Source of the DNA: Vicinamibacterales bacterium
GTDB lineage: Bacteria > Acidobacteriota > Vicinamibacteria > Vicinamibacterales > CAVVIG01
Assembly: GCA_046596625.1 (NCBI GenBank)
Contig: JBKJMH010000008.1
Coordinates: forward strand, 1 to 39,262
DNA length: 39,262 bases
Reading direction: 5' to 3'
This document shows positions 20,932 to 30,264 of the stretch, one piece after another. The notes beneath the pieces were generated by a model. That model had not been told where the DNA came from. It saw nothing but the letters and a program-made list of their open reading frames with translations, and did no database searches. Made by a program: the position numbers and the translations under genes. Numbering within the stretch: the stretch's first letter is position 1; every line of letters starts with the position of its first letter.

Positions 20932-22131
20932 CTACACGAGAGCGAGAATGGCTGACTGCAGGGGACCGCTCACCTCGGCCGACCCCGCGCGCATGATCAT
21001 ATTGATCTCGGTGCGGATGCCGAAATCAGAAAAATATACGCCTGGTTCGATTGTGAAGCCCGTGCCGGGCAGCAAACGCCTGTCGTCGTGGGTTTCGTAG
21101 TCATCCATATTGACGCCGGTGCCGTGCACTGTGTCTCCAAGGCTGTGCCCGGTGCGATGCAGGATCTGTGCTGCATAGCCCGCGTCGCGCAGCACCGTCG
21201 AGGCGGCCCGGTCAACCTCCCAGCCGCGAACCTCCTGCCCGGTCTCCGCCCGGCTCTTCACCAGCGCCACGGCGGCATCACGAGCGGCGGCCGCCGCCGC
21301 AAACGCCATCGCTTCCCGGCTCGGCACCTGCGACGAGGTGTAACCCACCCACGTGATGTCGGCGTAGACCGAACCCTGACGATCGAGTTTGCCCCACAGG
21401 TCGAGCAGAACCAGCTCATCGCGCTCGATGGCGCGGCTGCGCTCGGCCGTCGGCAGGTAATGCGGATTGCCGGCATTCTGCTGGGCCGAGACGTTCGGGT
21501 CGGAATCGGTGACCAGCCCTTCGTCACGAAACCATCCGGCCATCGCCTGCTGGATGTCGTACTCGGTGGTCGGCAGGCCCGAGCGCACCCGGCGGGCAAT
21601 TTCGTCGAAGGCGCGGTCCTTGATACGGTGCAGGGCGTCGGACGCCTCGAGATGCGACGCCATCTGCGCGTCGTTCCAGATGGCGGAGAAGCGCTGGACC
21701 AGATCGCCCGACGATAGGACCTCCGCACCCGCCTCGCGGACGAGCTCGACGGTGCCGGCATCGACGCGTGAGATGTACGGAATGGCGCAGCCCGGCGAGT
21801 ATTCCATCGCCACCCGCTCCACGCCGCTCAGCAGCGCTTTCAGGCCTGAGCGCAGCTCCTCGCGCCCCGCGTACTTGAAGGTGGCTCCGGGGAGGTGGGA
21901 CAGCGAGTGCGGTTCGATGGCGTGCACCAGCGCGCGCGGTTCGCCGTGCGTCGGAATGAGGTAGTACCAGCGCCGCGTGGCCAGGTGGCCGCCTTGCCGC
22001 AGCACGCCAGTGATGTCGGCAGCGATCGGATTGATGCCGCGGAAGTCGTAGAGCAGCCAACCGTCGAGACCGTCAGCCGCCAGAGCGGCACGGATGGCGG
22101 GCAGATCCAAGGAGTCGGAACCGGCGCTCAT
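20932..22131 (-). CDS. M24 family metallopeptidase (Xaa-Pro aminopeptidase-like)
   Basis: DLWGK, YADITW, HRTGHSLG, FTIEPGVY and GIRTE metal-ligand motifs. Confidence 0.9.
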   Translation of the reverse strand: MSAGSDSLDLPAIRAALAADGLDGWLLYDFRGINPIAADITGVLRQGGHLATRRWYYLIPTHGEPRALVHAIEPHSLSHLPGATFKYAGREELRSGLKALLSGVERVAMEYSPGCAIPYISRVDAGTVELVREAGAEVLSSGDLVQRFSAIWNDAQMASHLEASDALHRIKDRAFDEIARRVRSGLPTTEYDIQQAMAGWFRDEGLVTDSDPNVSAQQNAGNPHYLPTAERSRAIERDELVLLDLWGKLDRQGSVYADITWVGYTSSQVPSREAMAFAAAAAARDAAVALVKSRAETGQEVRGWEVDRAASTVLRDAGYAAQILHRTGHSLGDTVHGTGVNMDDYETHDDRRLLPGTGFTIEPGVYFSDFGIRTEINMIMRAGSAEVSGPLQSAILALV

Positions 22132-22260
22132 AGGGCATCAGTATAGACGTGGTTTTCGTGCCCATGGCCGTCCGTCCCGCCTCGACCGGCGTCAAAATGA
22201 GCGGGTGCCGCTGGTCGGCCATCCCGCGAACCGCCCCCGGGGGCGTCCGGGACGAATCGC

Positions 22261-22266
22261 TATAAT
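22261..22266 (+). promoter_or_regulatory. Consensus -10 box (TATAAT) of the VWA gene
   Basis: Perfect TATAAT in a very GC-rich context, 17 nt upstream of ATG 22284, with a GAGG SD in between. Confidence 0.65.
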
Positions 22267-22283
22267 CCGGGTCGAGGTCAGGG

Positions 22284-24410
22284 ATGCTAAAGAACGCACG
22301 CGTCAGGATTGCCGCAGCCTTCGTGCTGCTCGCCGGTGTCGGGCTCATGGCGGGCCAGGGACAGCCGGCGCCGCAGGAGCAGCCGTCCGCGCCCGCGCCC
22401 ACCTTCAAGGCGGTCGTCGAGTACGTCGAGGTCGATGCGGTCGTCACCGACCAGCAGGGTAATTTCGTCCGCAACCTGAAGAAGGAAGACTTCCAGGTGT
22501 CGGAAGACGGCAAGCCGCAGTCGATTGCCACCTTCTCTGTGGTCGACATTCCGATCGAGCGCGCCGAGCGGCCGCTGTTTTCGACCCGGCCGATTGAACC
22601 GGACGTGCAGTCGAACGAGCGCCCCTTCGATGGCCGCGTCTACGTGATGATCCTGGACGACCTGCACGTCGACGCCCTGCGCTCGCAGCAGGTGCGGCGC
22701 TCGGCGCGCCAATTCATCGAGCGCAACCTCGGCGCCAACGACCTGATGGCGGTCGTCTATACCGGCGGCCGTTCGGCCGATGCGCAGGAATTCACCAGCA
22801 ACAAGCGTTTGCTGCTCAACGCCGTCGACAAGTTCATGGGGCGCAAGCTCCAGTCGGTGACGCTCTCCCGGAACCAGCAGTACTTCCGTCAGCTCGACGG
22901 CCCTGACGCCGGCGGGCGGGTCGACGATCCGGACGACATGGAGCGCGGGCGCAACGCCACGTCGATGCTTTCGAGCCTTCGCCAGGTGGCCGAGTGGTTC
23001 GGCGGCGTCCGCGGCCGCCGCAAGACGATGCTGCTGTTCAGCGAGGGGATTGATTACGACCTCTCGGACATCATCCGCACCTACGACGCGCCGCCGAGCC
23101 ACGCCAGCTCGATCATCATGGACATCCGCGAGACGATCGCGATGACCGCGCGCTCGAACGTCAGCATCTACGCCATCGACCCTCGCGGGCTGGCCACGCA
23201 GGGCGACGAGTCGATTGGCGTCGGCAGCTTCGCGGACCAGACTGACGCCACCGGCGGCGCCGGCATCGGGATCGGCTCGCTGAACAACGAACTGCGCCTG
23301 TCGCAGGATAGCCTGCGCCAGCTGGCGGAGGACAGCGGCGGTATCGCGTCGGTCAACCGCAACGACCCGACCGCCGTCTTCGACCGCATCGTGCGCGACA
23401 ACAGCTCGTACTACGTACTCGCCTACTACCCGCCGACCACGAAGACCGACGGCAAGTTCCACAAGATCGACGTGAAGGTGAATCGGCCCGGTCTCGTGGT
23501 GCGCTCGCGCCGCGGCTACGCCACGCCGAAGGGCAAGCCGCAGACGAGGACCACGAAGGCCGGCGGGATGCCGCCCGAGATGCTCGAGGCGATGAACAGC
23601 CCACTGCAGGTGAACGGTCTCACCATGCGGATGTTCGCCGCGCCTTTCAAGGGGCAGCAGCCGAATGCCTCGGTGGTGGTCGGCATCGAACTCAATGGCC
23701 GCGACCTCAGCCTCGGGACCAACAGCAAGGTCGACATCTCGATTATGGCGGTCGACAACAAGGGCAAGGTCTTCGGCGCACGCACTGATGGCCTGACGCT
23801 GAACCTGCGCCCCGAGTCGAAGGCGCGCGTCGAACAGAGCGGCGTGCGCGTCATCAACCGCATCGACCTGCCCGTGGGGCGCTATCAGCTCCGGGCGGCG
23901 GCGCGCGACAGCCAGAAGAATCTCGTCGGGTCGGTGATTTACGACCTCGACGTGCCCGACTTCTACAAGTTGCCGATGGCGATGAGCGGCGTGACGATCA
24001 CCTCGATGGCTGGCTCCGCCATGATGACGGCCAAGCCGGACGAGCAGTTGAAGGCCGTGCTGCCGGCTCCGCCGATTGCGATGCGGACCTTCGCCCAGAA
24101 CGACGAACTGGCCATCTTCACCGAGGTCTATGACAACTCGGGCAAGGGGCCGCACAAGGTCGACATCGTCACGTCGGTGCTCACCGATGAAGGCAAGCCG
24201 GTATTCAAGGTGGAGGATGTGCGCGACTCCAGCGAACTCGGCGGCGCGAAGGGCGGGTACGGCTACACGACCCGTGTCCCGCTCGCCGACCTGGCGCCGG
24301 GCCTCTACGTGCTGAACGTCGACGCGAAGTCGCGCCTCGGCAACGACAACGTCGCCAATCGGCAGGTGCAGTTCCGCATCGTCGCCGCTGCGCGCGGAGT
24401 GCAGCGATGA
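22284..24410 (+). CDS. Secreted VWA-domain protein (acidobacterial VWFA-related family) with a C-terminal beta-sandwich
   Basis: Signal peptide, VEVDAVVTDQQG..LKKEDFQVSEDGKPQSI, GRRKTMLLFSEG, IYAIDPRGL, LAEDSGG and YYVLAYYP..DGKFHKIDVKV..RSRRGY. Confidence 0.9.
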   Translation: MLKNARVRIAAAFVLLAGVGLMAGQGQPAPQEQPSAPAPTFKAVVEYVEVDAVVTDQQGNFVRNLKKEDFQVSEDGKPQSIATFSVVDIPIERAERPLFSTRPIEPDVQSNERPFDGRVYVMILDDLHVDALRSQQVRRSARQFIERNLGANDLMAVVYTGGRSADAQEFTSNKRLLLNAVDKFMGRKLQSVTLSRNQQYFRQLDGPDAGGRVDDPDDMERGRNATSMLSSLRQVAEWFGGVRGRRKTMLLFSEGIDYDLSDIIRTYDAPPSHASSIIMDIRETIAMTARSNVSIYAIDPRGLATQGDESIGVGSFADQTDATGGAGIGIGSLNNELRLSQDSLRQLAEDSGGIASVNRNDPTAVFDRIVRDNSSYYVLAYYPPTTKTDGKFHKIDVKVNRPGLVVRSRRGYATPKGKPQTRTTKAGGMPPEMLEAMNSPLQVNGLTMRMFAAPFKGQQPNASVVVGIELNGRDLSLGTNSKVDISIMAVDNKGKVFGARTDGLTLNLRPESKARVEQSGVRVINRIDLPVGRYQLRAAARDSQKNLVGSVIYDLDVPDFYKLPMAMSGVTITSMAGSAMMTAKPDEQLKAVLPAPPIAMRTFAQNDELAIFTEVYDNSGKGPHKVDIVTSVLTDEGKPVFKVEDVRDSSELGGAKGGYGYTTRVPLADLAPGLYVLNVDAKSRLGNDNVANRQVQFRIVAAARGVQR

Positions 24411-24416
24411 AGCTGC

Positions 24417-26249
24417 TCAGGCTGCGGTGGTGTCGCGCGTCGAGAGGACTTCGTAGAACCTGAGGGTGCGCAGCTTGCCGCGGATCGCCGTCTCCGGCAT
24501 CGGCCGGCACTCGATGGCGTCCTTCACTGCCTCGTAGGTGGTTTCGGTGATGAGGATGGTGGTGCCGAACTCCTTGTTCAGCGCCTGCACCCGCGATGAT
24601 GTGTTCACGCCGTCGCCGATGACCGTGTATTCGAGCCGCCTCGTCGAGCCGATGTTGCCGACGATCACCTCAGCGGTGTGGATGCCGATGGCGATGGCCA
24701 CCGGCGGCTTGCCTTCCATCGCACGCTCGCCGTTGATCTTTCCGAGCAGGGCCTTCATGCGCAGTGCGGCCCGCACAGCGCGCAGCTGGTGATCGGGCTG
24801 ATCGCCGAGCGAGCCAAAGACCGCTATCATCCCGTCGCCGAGGAACTTGTCCAGGACGCCGCCCTGCTCGAATACGGCCTCGACCATTTCCGAGAAGTAG
24901 GCGTTGAGGAACGCCACCACCTGCTGCGGCGCCATCTGCTCGGACATCGCGGTGAAGTTGCGGATGTCCGAGAAGAGAATCGTCACGACGCGCGCCTCGC
25001 CACCGAGATTCACGTCGCCCTTGAGGATCTTCTCCGATACCTGGGTCGCGATGTAGCGCCCGAACACTTCCTTCACCCGATCGCGCTCGCGAAGGCCGGT
25101 GGCCATCGACTCGAGCGACGCCGCCATCGAGCCGGCGAGGTCGCGGCCCGTCACCTCGGTGTGCGCCTCGAGTTCGCCGCTGCCGAGCCTCGCCGCGAAG
25201 TGCTTGAGCGACGACAGTGGCTGCTCGACCGACCGCGCAATCTGGTGCGCCAGGACCAGACCGAAGAGCACCAGCACCGCCACGCCGGCAAACAGCTCGC
25301 GCTGCAGGCGCTTGAGGACCACCAGCTCCTCGGCTTCGTCGATCTCCGTCAGCAGCACCCAGGGTTGGCGCCCGGTGGTCGACGGATTGGTCAGGGCGCG
25401 GTAGATGTACAGGCGTTCGACGCCGCGGTCGTTCTTCGCCACCAGGGAACCTGTCCCCTTGGTGGCCCAGGCGCGCTGCACCGCCTCGTACGACTGGACA
25501 CTGGTGCCGAGTTGCGTCCGGTCGGGATGCGCGATGATGTCGCCCTCGCCGTCGACGATGACGGCGTAGCCGGTCTGGTTGAAGCGACTGCTGACGACCA
25601 GTTCTTCCAGCACGGCGCGCAGGTCGAACACGGCCGTGACGGCGCCGATGACAGTGCCGTCACGCTGCGTGACAGGAACCGCAAGCAGGACGACCTCCGA
25701 CTTGTAGGCCGCCGAGGAGTAGGCATCCGACACGTAGGTCGTGCCGTCGAGCGCGTAGGCGGCCGCCACGCGGCCAAGCGGCTCCGGCTGGTCGTCGCGG
25801 CTCGAGCCGATGACGTCGCCGCGTGCGTCCACTACCCGCAACTGCAGGTAGTGCAGATCGAGCTGCGCTGCGGCCTCGAGGCGTTCACGGAGCTGCGCGG
25901 ACTTGCCCGTTTCCACGAGCGGGCCGACCAGCGTGGCCACCTGTCCCATGGTGCTCCGCATCTGCCGGAGATCGGAGCCGATCTTTCCGTCGATGATCGA
26001 CGCCACGTTTTCGAGCGCCGTGGTGACCTCGCCGTTCACGCTCGCCCTGGCCGCCAGGAAGCCCCATCGGCCCACGACCATGGCCGACATGGCCGCGGCA
26101 CCAGCCACCGCAATGGCCAGCGAGAAGAAGAAGCCGTGGACGAAGCCGCTGAACCAGCGCCGCCGGAGGGCGAGGATGAACAGGCTGAAGCCGACGGCCC
26201 AGGCAAGCACCGACGCGGCGAGCGTGAGCGCGGTGCTGGTGATGATCAC
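24417..26249 (-). CDS. Membrane class III adenylate cyclase with Cache sensor and HAMP domains
   Basis: FSDIRNFT, DKFLGDG (Lys indicates ATP specificity), GIHTAEVIVGNIG and EYTVIGDGVNTSSR; Cache motif GYAVIVDGEGDIIAHP; TM segments. Start uncertain. Confidence 0.92.
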   Translation of the reverse strand: MIITSTALTLAASVLAWAVGFSLFILALRRRWFSGFVHGFFFSLAIAVAGAAAMSAMVVGRWGFLAARASVNGEVTTALENVASIIDGKIGSDLRQMRSTMGQVATLVGPLVETGKSAQLRERLEAAAQLDLHYLQLRVVDARGDVIGSSRDDQPEPLGRVAAAYALDGTTYVSDAYSSAAYKSEVVLLAVPVTQRDGTVIGAVTAVFDLRAVLEELVVSSRFNQTGYAVIVDGEGDIIAHPDRTQLGTSVQSYEAVQRAWATKGTGSLVAKNDRGVERLYIYRALTNPSTTGRQPWVLLTEIDEAEELVVLKRLQRELFAGVAVLVLFGLVLAHQIARSVEQPLSSLKHFAARLGSGELEAHTEVTGRDLAGSMAASLESMATGLRERDRVKEVFGRYIATQVSEKILKGDVNLGGEARVVTILFSDIRNFTAMSEQMAPQQVVAFLNAYFSEMVEAVFEQGGVLDKFLGDGMIAVFGSLGDQPDHQLRAVRAALRMKALLGKINGERAMEGKPPVAIAIGIHTAEVIVGNIGSTRRLEYTVIGDGVNTSSRVQALNKEFGTTILITETTYEAVKDAIECRPMPETAIRGKLRTLRFYEVLSTRDTTAA

Positions 26250-26271
26250 GGGCAGGTTGTGGGGAGTGACG

Positions 26272-26314
26272 AAATAGAAAAAGGACCGGGACGCCTGTGC
26301 GGCGTTCCGGTCCT
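26272..26314 (-). terminator. Rho-independent terminator after the 26341-26820 gene
   Basis: Minus-strand AGGACCGGAACGCC-GCACA-GGCGUCCCGGUCCU followed by UUUUCUAUUU. Confidence 0.85.
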
Positions 26315-26340
26315 GTTATCGGTTCGACTGAGCTGGGAGG

Positions 26341-26820
26341 TTACTTCTTGGGTGCGGCCGCAGCGTCGGTCGGCGCGTCCAGGCTCTTCACCTTGTTCGG
26401 CTTCACGGTGCCGTTGGCGTGGGTGAAGTTCCAGTTGTTGGACTTCATCTTTGCGCTGTAGGGCGTGTCGATGGTGATCGTCTGCACTTCACCAGGGTTG
26501 AGAAGACCGTTGATCACGCCGCGTCCGCCCGCGATGACGGCGCCACCCGCGTCGTACCAGGTTTCGGCCACCATCAGACGAGCGATCGGCTCGGCGTTGG
26601 TGTTCTTCACCTTGATGGTCGTCTGAACCAGGCTCTTGCCCTGGATGGGCTTGGTAACCGGCTGCGTGATGTCGATGGTCGCCTCACCCCTGACGGGTGG
26701 GACGATCTTCTTGCCAGCCAGCACAGGCGTGAGCTGCGTGGACTGAGCCGTGACAACGGCGCCGGCAAACATCGTGGTGCTGATGAGCGTCGCGGCGACG
26801 GCAAAATGCACGCGCTTCAT
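26341..26820 (-). CDS. Secreted hypothetical protein, FxLYD/DUF3426-like Ig-fold
   Basis: Signal peptide, VKNT...TWYDAGG...LNPGEVQTITI pattern, GGAGG SD, its own TATAAT at 26871-26876 and a terminator. Confidence 0.75.
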   Translation of the reverse strand: MKRVHFAVAATLISTTMFAGAVVTAQSTQLTPVLAGKKIVPPVRGEATIDITQPVTKPIQGKSLVQTTIKVKNTNAEPIARLMVAETWYDAGGAVIAGGRGVINGLLNPGEVQTITIDTPYSAKMKSNNWNFTHANGTVKPNKVKSLDAPTDAAAAPKK

Positions 26821-26870
26821 ATCGATCCTCCAGATAAAGTCGGTCGGTCAAAAGTACACAAGTGGGCGTG

Positions 26871-26876
26871 ATTATA
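26871..26876 (-). promoter_or_regulatory. Consensus -10 box (TATAAT) for the 26341-26820 gene
   Basis: ATTATA on the plus strand, 50 nt upstream of the ATG. Confidence 0.65.
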
Positions 26877-26886
26877 CAGCACGGTC

Positions 26887-27345
26887 TTACATTTCCCCGT
26901 TCCAGTCTTCGGGTTCGGGATTCACGGTCCGGACGATTTCCATGTGCCACTTGCCGCCGCCCCAGGGCTCGATGACCTCGGCGGCGACCACGTCCACCAG
27001 CAACTCCGAGAACAGACGCCCTTCCGGGTCGCCCTCGAGATGATAGGCCGGGTCGTCCCACCCGAAATTCGGGTAAAGCATCAGCGTCAGGAACAGATCG
27101 AACCCGTCGTCCACCACGATCAGCTGACCGCACGGGCGCTTCAGCGTCGAGTGGTAGATCAGATACTTCTCGGCGCTGTGGGCGCGAATGTAGCGCTTGA
27201 GTGCGAACTCACGTGCGACGATCTCCTCGACGGCGATCTTCTTGTCCCAGCAGTCGCGACAGTACTTCTCTTCGCCCCTGGGCTCCGAGACCTCTTTCGC
27301 GCCGCAGAGCGCACAGCGCGCCTTCACGACGGTCTTGCGTGGCAT
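26887..27345 (-). CDS. Hypothetical cytoplasmic protein with an N-terminal CxxC-x14-CxxC zinc site
   Basis: 152 aa, protein-like composition, CALC and CRDC motifs; it fills the gap between neighbours and has an extended -10 six nt upstream. Confidence 0.85.
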   Translation of the reverse strand: MPRKTVVKARCALCGAKEVSEPRGEEKYCRDCWDKKIAVEEIVAREFALKRYIRAHSAEKYLIYHSTLKRPCGQLIVVDDGFDLFLTLMLYPNFGWDDPAYHLEGDPEGRLFSELLVDVVAAEVIEPWGGGKWHMEIVRTVNPEPEDWNGEM

Positions 27346-27394
27346 CGTGGCAGTCTACCACTCGGCCTGAGTTGGCGGACCATCGGCCACCCGT

Positions 27395-28009
27395 CTAGGG
27401 CCTGGCCCGTTCGTAGAGGCCGACCATCTCCCCCTGCGCGGCGATCGAGCCCTCCATCGCCTTCACGAGCGCGGCCTTGTCGAGCCCTTCCTTCACGTCG
27501 AGTGGCGCGTTCAACGCGTACACCGTGAAGTGGTAGTGGTGCGGTGGGCCAGGCGGCGGCGCGGGGCCGCGATAGCCCGGTTCAGTCGGTGGCTGCCCTG
27601 GGCGCTGGAAGGCATTGAAGCCTGAGAGGCCGTTGATCGCGCCAGTGAGGCCAACGACGCTGATGGTGGCGCCCATCGGCACGGCTTCCGGAAGCCCCTT
27701 CGCCGCGCCGGGAATCTTGTAGATCACCCAGTGCACAAACGGGCCGCGACCACCGAAGCTGGCGTCCGGGTCGTCGGGGATGACGACGAATTCCTTCGTC
27801 GTGTCCGGTGCGCCAGTCCAGGCCAGGGGTGGCGGCACGTTCTTTCCGTCGGCGGTGTAGTCCGTGGGCAGCACGTCGCCGCTCTTGAAGGCCGGGCTGG
27901 TGACGGTCAGCGTGCCCGGTGCAGCCTGCGCCGCGATCCGGGCACCGGCCGTGGCGACGCACGCCAGCGCGATCGCGAACACGCCACACGTCAGCTGTCT
28001 CATGCTCAT
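27395..28009 (-). CDS. YbhB/YbcL family (PEBP / Raf kinase inhibitor-like) secreted protein
   Basis: Signal peptide, PPLAW, DPDA, FVHWVIY and GYRGPAPPPGPPHHYHFTVYAL. Confidence 0.92.
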   Translation of the reverse strand: MSMRQLTCGVFAIALACVATAGARIAAQAAPGTLTVTSPAFKSGDVLPTDYTADGKNVPPPLAWTGAPDTTKEFVVIPDDPDASFGGRGPFVHWVIYKIPGAAKGLPEAVPMGATISVVGLTGAINGLSGFNAFQRPGQPPTEPGYRGPAPPPGPPHHYHFTVYALNAPLDVKEGLDKAALVKAMEGSIAAQGEMVGLYERARP

Positions 28010-28023
28010 GTTGGTTTCCGTGC

Positions 28024-30174
28024 CTACCGGCTGACTATCAGGCGCCCTTCGAGCGCCGGGGCATACATCCGCTCCACGTACTGCTTCACCATGCGACGCG
28101 CGGCAAAGCGCGGCGCCACCGTCCGGATCGACTCCTTGACAATGGCCATCCAGCGGCGCGGCACGCCGTTGGCGTCGCGCTCGTAGAACGCCGGCACGAT
28201 TTCGTTCTCCAGCAACGTATACAGGGCCGAGGCGTCGGCCGCATCCACCGCGTCGTAGTTATCGCCGGCGATGCCGCCGTCGATCAGCCAGCCGTTGGTG
28301 GTGTTGTAGCCTTCGGCCCACCAGCCGTCGCCGATGCTCAGGTGCGGAGTGCCGTTGACCGCCGCCTTCATGCCGCTCGTGCCGCTCGCCTCGAGTGGCT
28401 TGCGCGGGTTGTTCAGCCACACGTCGCACCCCTGCACCAGGTAGTGGGCTACGTGCAGGTCGTAATCGTCGACGAATGCGATGCGGCCGCCGAAGGCCGG
28501 GTCGAGCGCGCGCTTGTAGACGCGCTGCAGGTGATGCTTGCCGGTCTCGTCTGCAGGATGCGACTTGCCGGCGAACACGATCTGCAGCGGTCGCTCGGTG
28601 GACGACAGGAGTCTGGTGAGCCGTTCCGGGTCGGTGAAAATCAGCTCGGGCCGTTTGTAGCCGGTGAAGCGCCGCGCGAAGCCGAGCGTCAGTGCATCGG
28701 GTTCGAGCAATGTTCCGGCCGCAACGATGCGCGGCGTACCGACCCGCTCGACGGTCCAGCGATTGCGCGCGCGGTCGCGCACGAAGGTGAAGAGGTAGCG
28801 GCGCAGCGCCTGGCGCACGGCCCACAGTTCCTCGTCCGGAATGGTCAGGATGGCGTCCCACTGCGCTGGATCGTCCTGACGGTCGAGCCAGTTCGCTCCG
28901 AGATGCCTGGAGAACAGGTCGGCCATGTCGGCCGCGATCCACGTCGGGACGTGCACGCCGTTGGTGATATGGCCGACCGGCACCTCGTCCTCAGGACGAT
29001 CGGGCCACAGCGACTTCCACATCGAACGCGTCACCTTGCCGTGCAGTTCGCTCACGGCATTGGTGACGCCGGCCGAGCGCAGTGCCAGCGCGGTCATGTT
29101 GAACTGCACGCCGCCGCCGTTGTCATAGGAGCCGAGCGCGAGGAACCGATCGCGGTGCGGGCCGAGCGAGCCCCAGCATCCGGCGAGGTGCTTCTCGACC
29201 ATCTGGAACGAGAACGCGTCGTGCCCCGCCGGAACCGGCGTGTGCGTGGTGAAGAGCGTGGTCTTGCGAATCTGTGCGAGAGCGTCATCGAACGACGCGC
29301 CCTTCTCGGTGAGATCGCGGATGCGCTGCAGCACCACGAAGCCGGCGTGTCCTTCGTTCAGGTGGAACACGCCTGGTTCCAAGCCCAGTGCCTTGAGCGC
29401 CCGGACACCGCCGATGCCGAGGATGATCTCCTGCTGGATGCGTGTTTCGCGGTCGCCGCCGTAGAGGCGGGCCGACAGCTCGCGGTCCCACGGCGCGTTC
29501 TCCTCGAGGTCCGTGTCGAGCAGGTACAGCGTCACCCGGCCGGCGCGGACACGCCACACCTGCACGAGCACGGTGCGCTCGCCGACCGGCACCGCGGTGA
29601 TGAGCGGGCTGCCGTCAGCGAAGGTCGCCTTCTCGATCGCCACGTCGGCCCAGTTCAGGCGCTCGTAGCTTTCTTCCTGCCACCCTTCCGCCGAGACGTG
29701 CTGGTGGAAGTAGCCCTGCGGGTACATGAAGCCGATGCCGATCAGCGGCACGCCGAGGTCGCTGGCTTCCTTGCAGTGATCGCCGGCGAGGACACCGAGG
29801 CCGCCGGCGTAGATCGGCAGTGACTGGTGCAGCGCAAACTCCGCCGAGAAGTAGGCGATCGACTTGCCATCCAGGTCTGGATATGTGCCCGCCCACCACG
29901 TGTTGCGCGCCGTGCGCGCCGCCTCGAGGTTGGCAATCGCCGAATCGTAGGCGGCCAGGAACTGCCGGTTGCGCGCCGCAGCCTCGAGCTTCTCGGGCGG
30001 CAGCATCCAGCGCATGCGCACCGGGTTGTGCGCGGTCTCGCGCCACAGCGTGTAGTCGAGACGACGGAACACTTCACGTCCGTCCGCATTCCAGCTCCAC
30101 CAGAGGTCGACGGCCAGCTGGTCGAGTCGATTGATGCGCTCAGGCAGGGGGGATAACGTCTCGTAACGATGCAT
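28024..30174 (-). CDS. glgP: Alpha-glucan (glycogen) phosphorylase, GT35
   Basis: YFSAEF..YAGGLGVLAGDH, HLNEGH, FTTHTPVPAGHD, FARRFTGYKR and the PLP site EASGTSGMKA. Start is ATG 30174. Confidence 0.96.
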   Translation of the reverse strand: MHRYETLSPLPERINRLDQLAVDLWWSWNADGREVFRRLDYTLWRETAHNPVRMRWMLPPEKLEAAARNRQFLAAYDSAIANLEAARTARNTWWAGTYPDLDGKSIAYFSAEFALHQSLPIYAGGLGVLAGDHCKEASDLGVPLIGIGFMYPQGYFHQHVSAEGWQEESYERLNWADVAIEKATFADGSPLITAVPVGERTVLVQVWRVRAGRVTLYLLDTDLEENAPWDRELSARLYGGDRETRIQQEIILGIGGVRALKALGLEPGVFHLNEGHAGFVVLQRIRDLTEKGASFDDALAQIRKTTLFTTHTPVPAGHDAFSFQMVEKHLAGCWGSLGPHRDRFLALGSYDNGGGVQFNMTALALRSAGVTNAVSELHGKVTRSMWKSLWPDRPEDEVPVGHITNGVHVPTWIAADMADLFSRHLGANWLDRQDDPAQWDAILTIPDEELWAVRQALRRYLFTFVRDRARNRWTVERVGTPRIVAAGTLLEPDALTLGFARRFTGYKRPELIFTDPERLTRLLSSTERPLQIVFAGKSHPADETGKHHLQRVYKRALDPAFGGRIAFVDDYDLHVAHYLVQGCDVWLNNPRKPLEASGTSGMKAAVNGTPHLSIGDGWWAEGYNTTNGWLIDGGIAGDNYDAVDAADASALYTLLENEIVPAFYERDANGVPRRWMAIVKESIRTVAPRFAARRMVKQYVERMYAPALEGRLIVSR

Positions 30175-30264
30175 GCAGGCAGCATCGTAGTAATCGCAGC
30201 GAGCAGCGTCAATCACGCCCGGGCTTGGCTCCCGGCCGGTTGCGGCGACGGCTCCGCTGGTACA

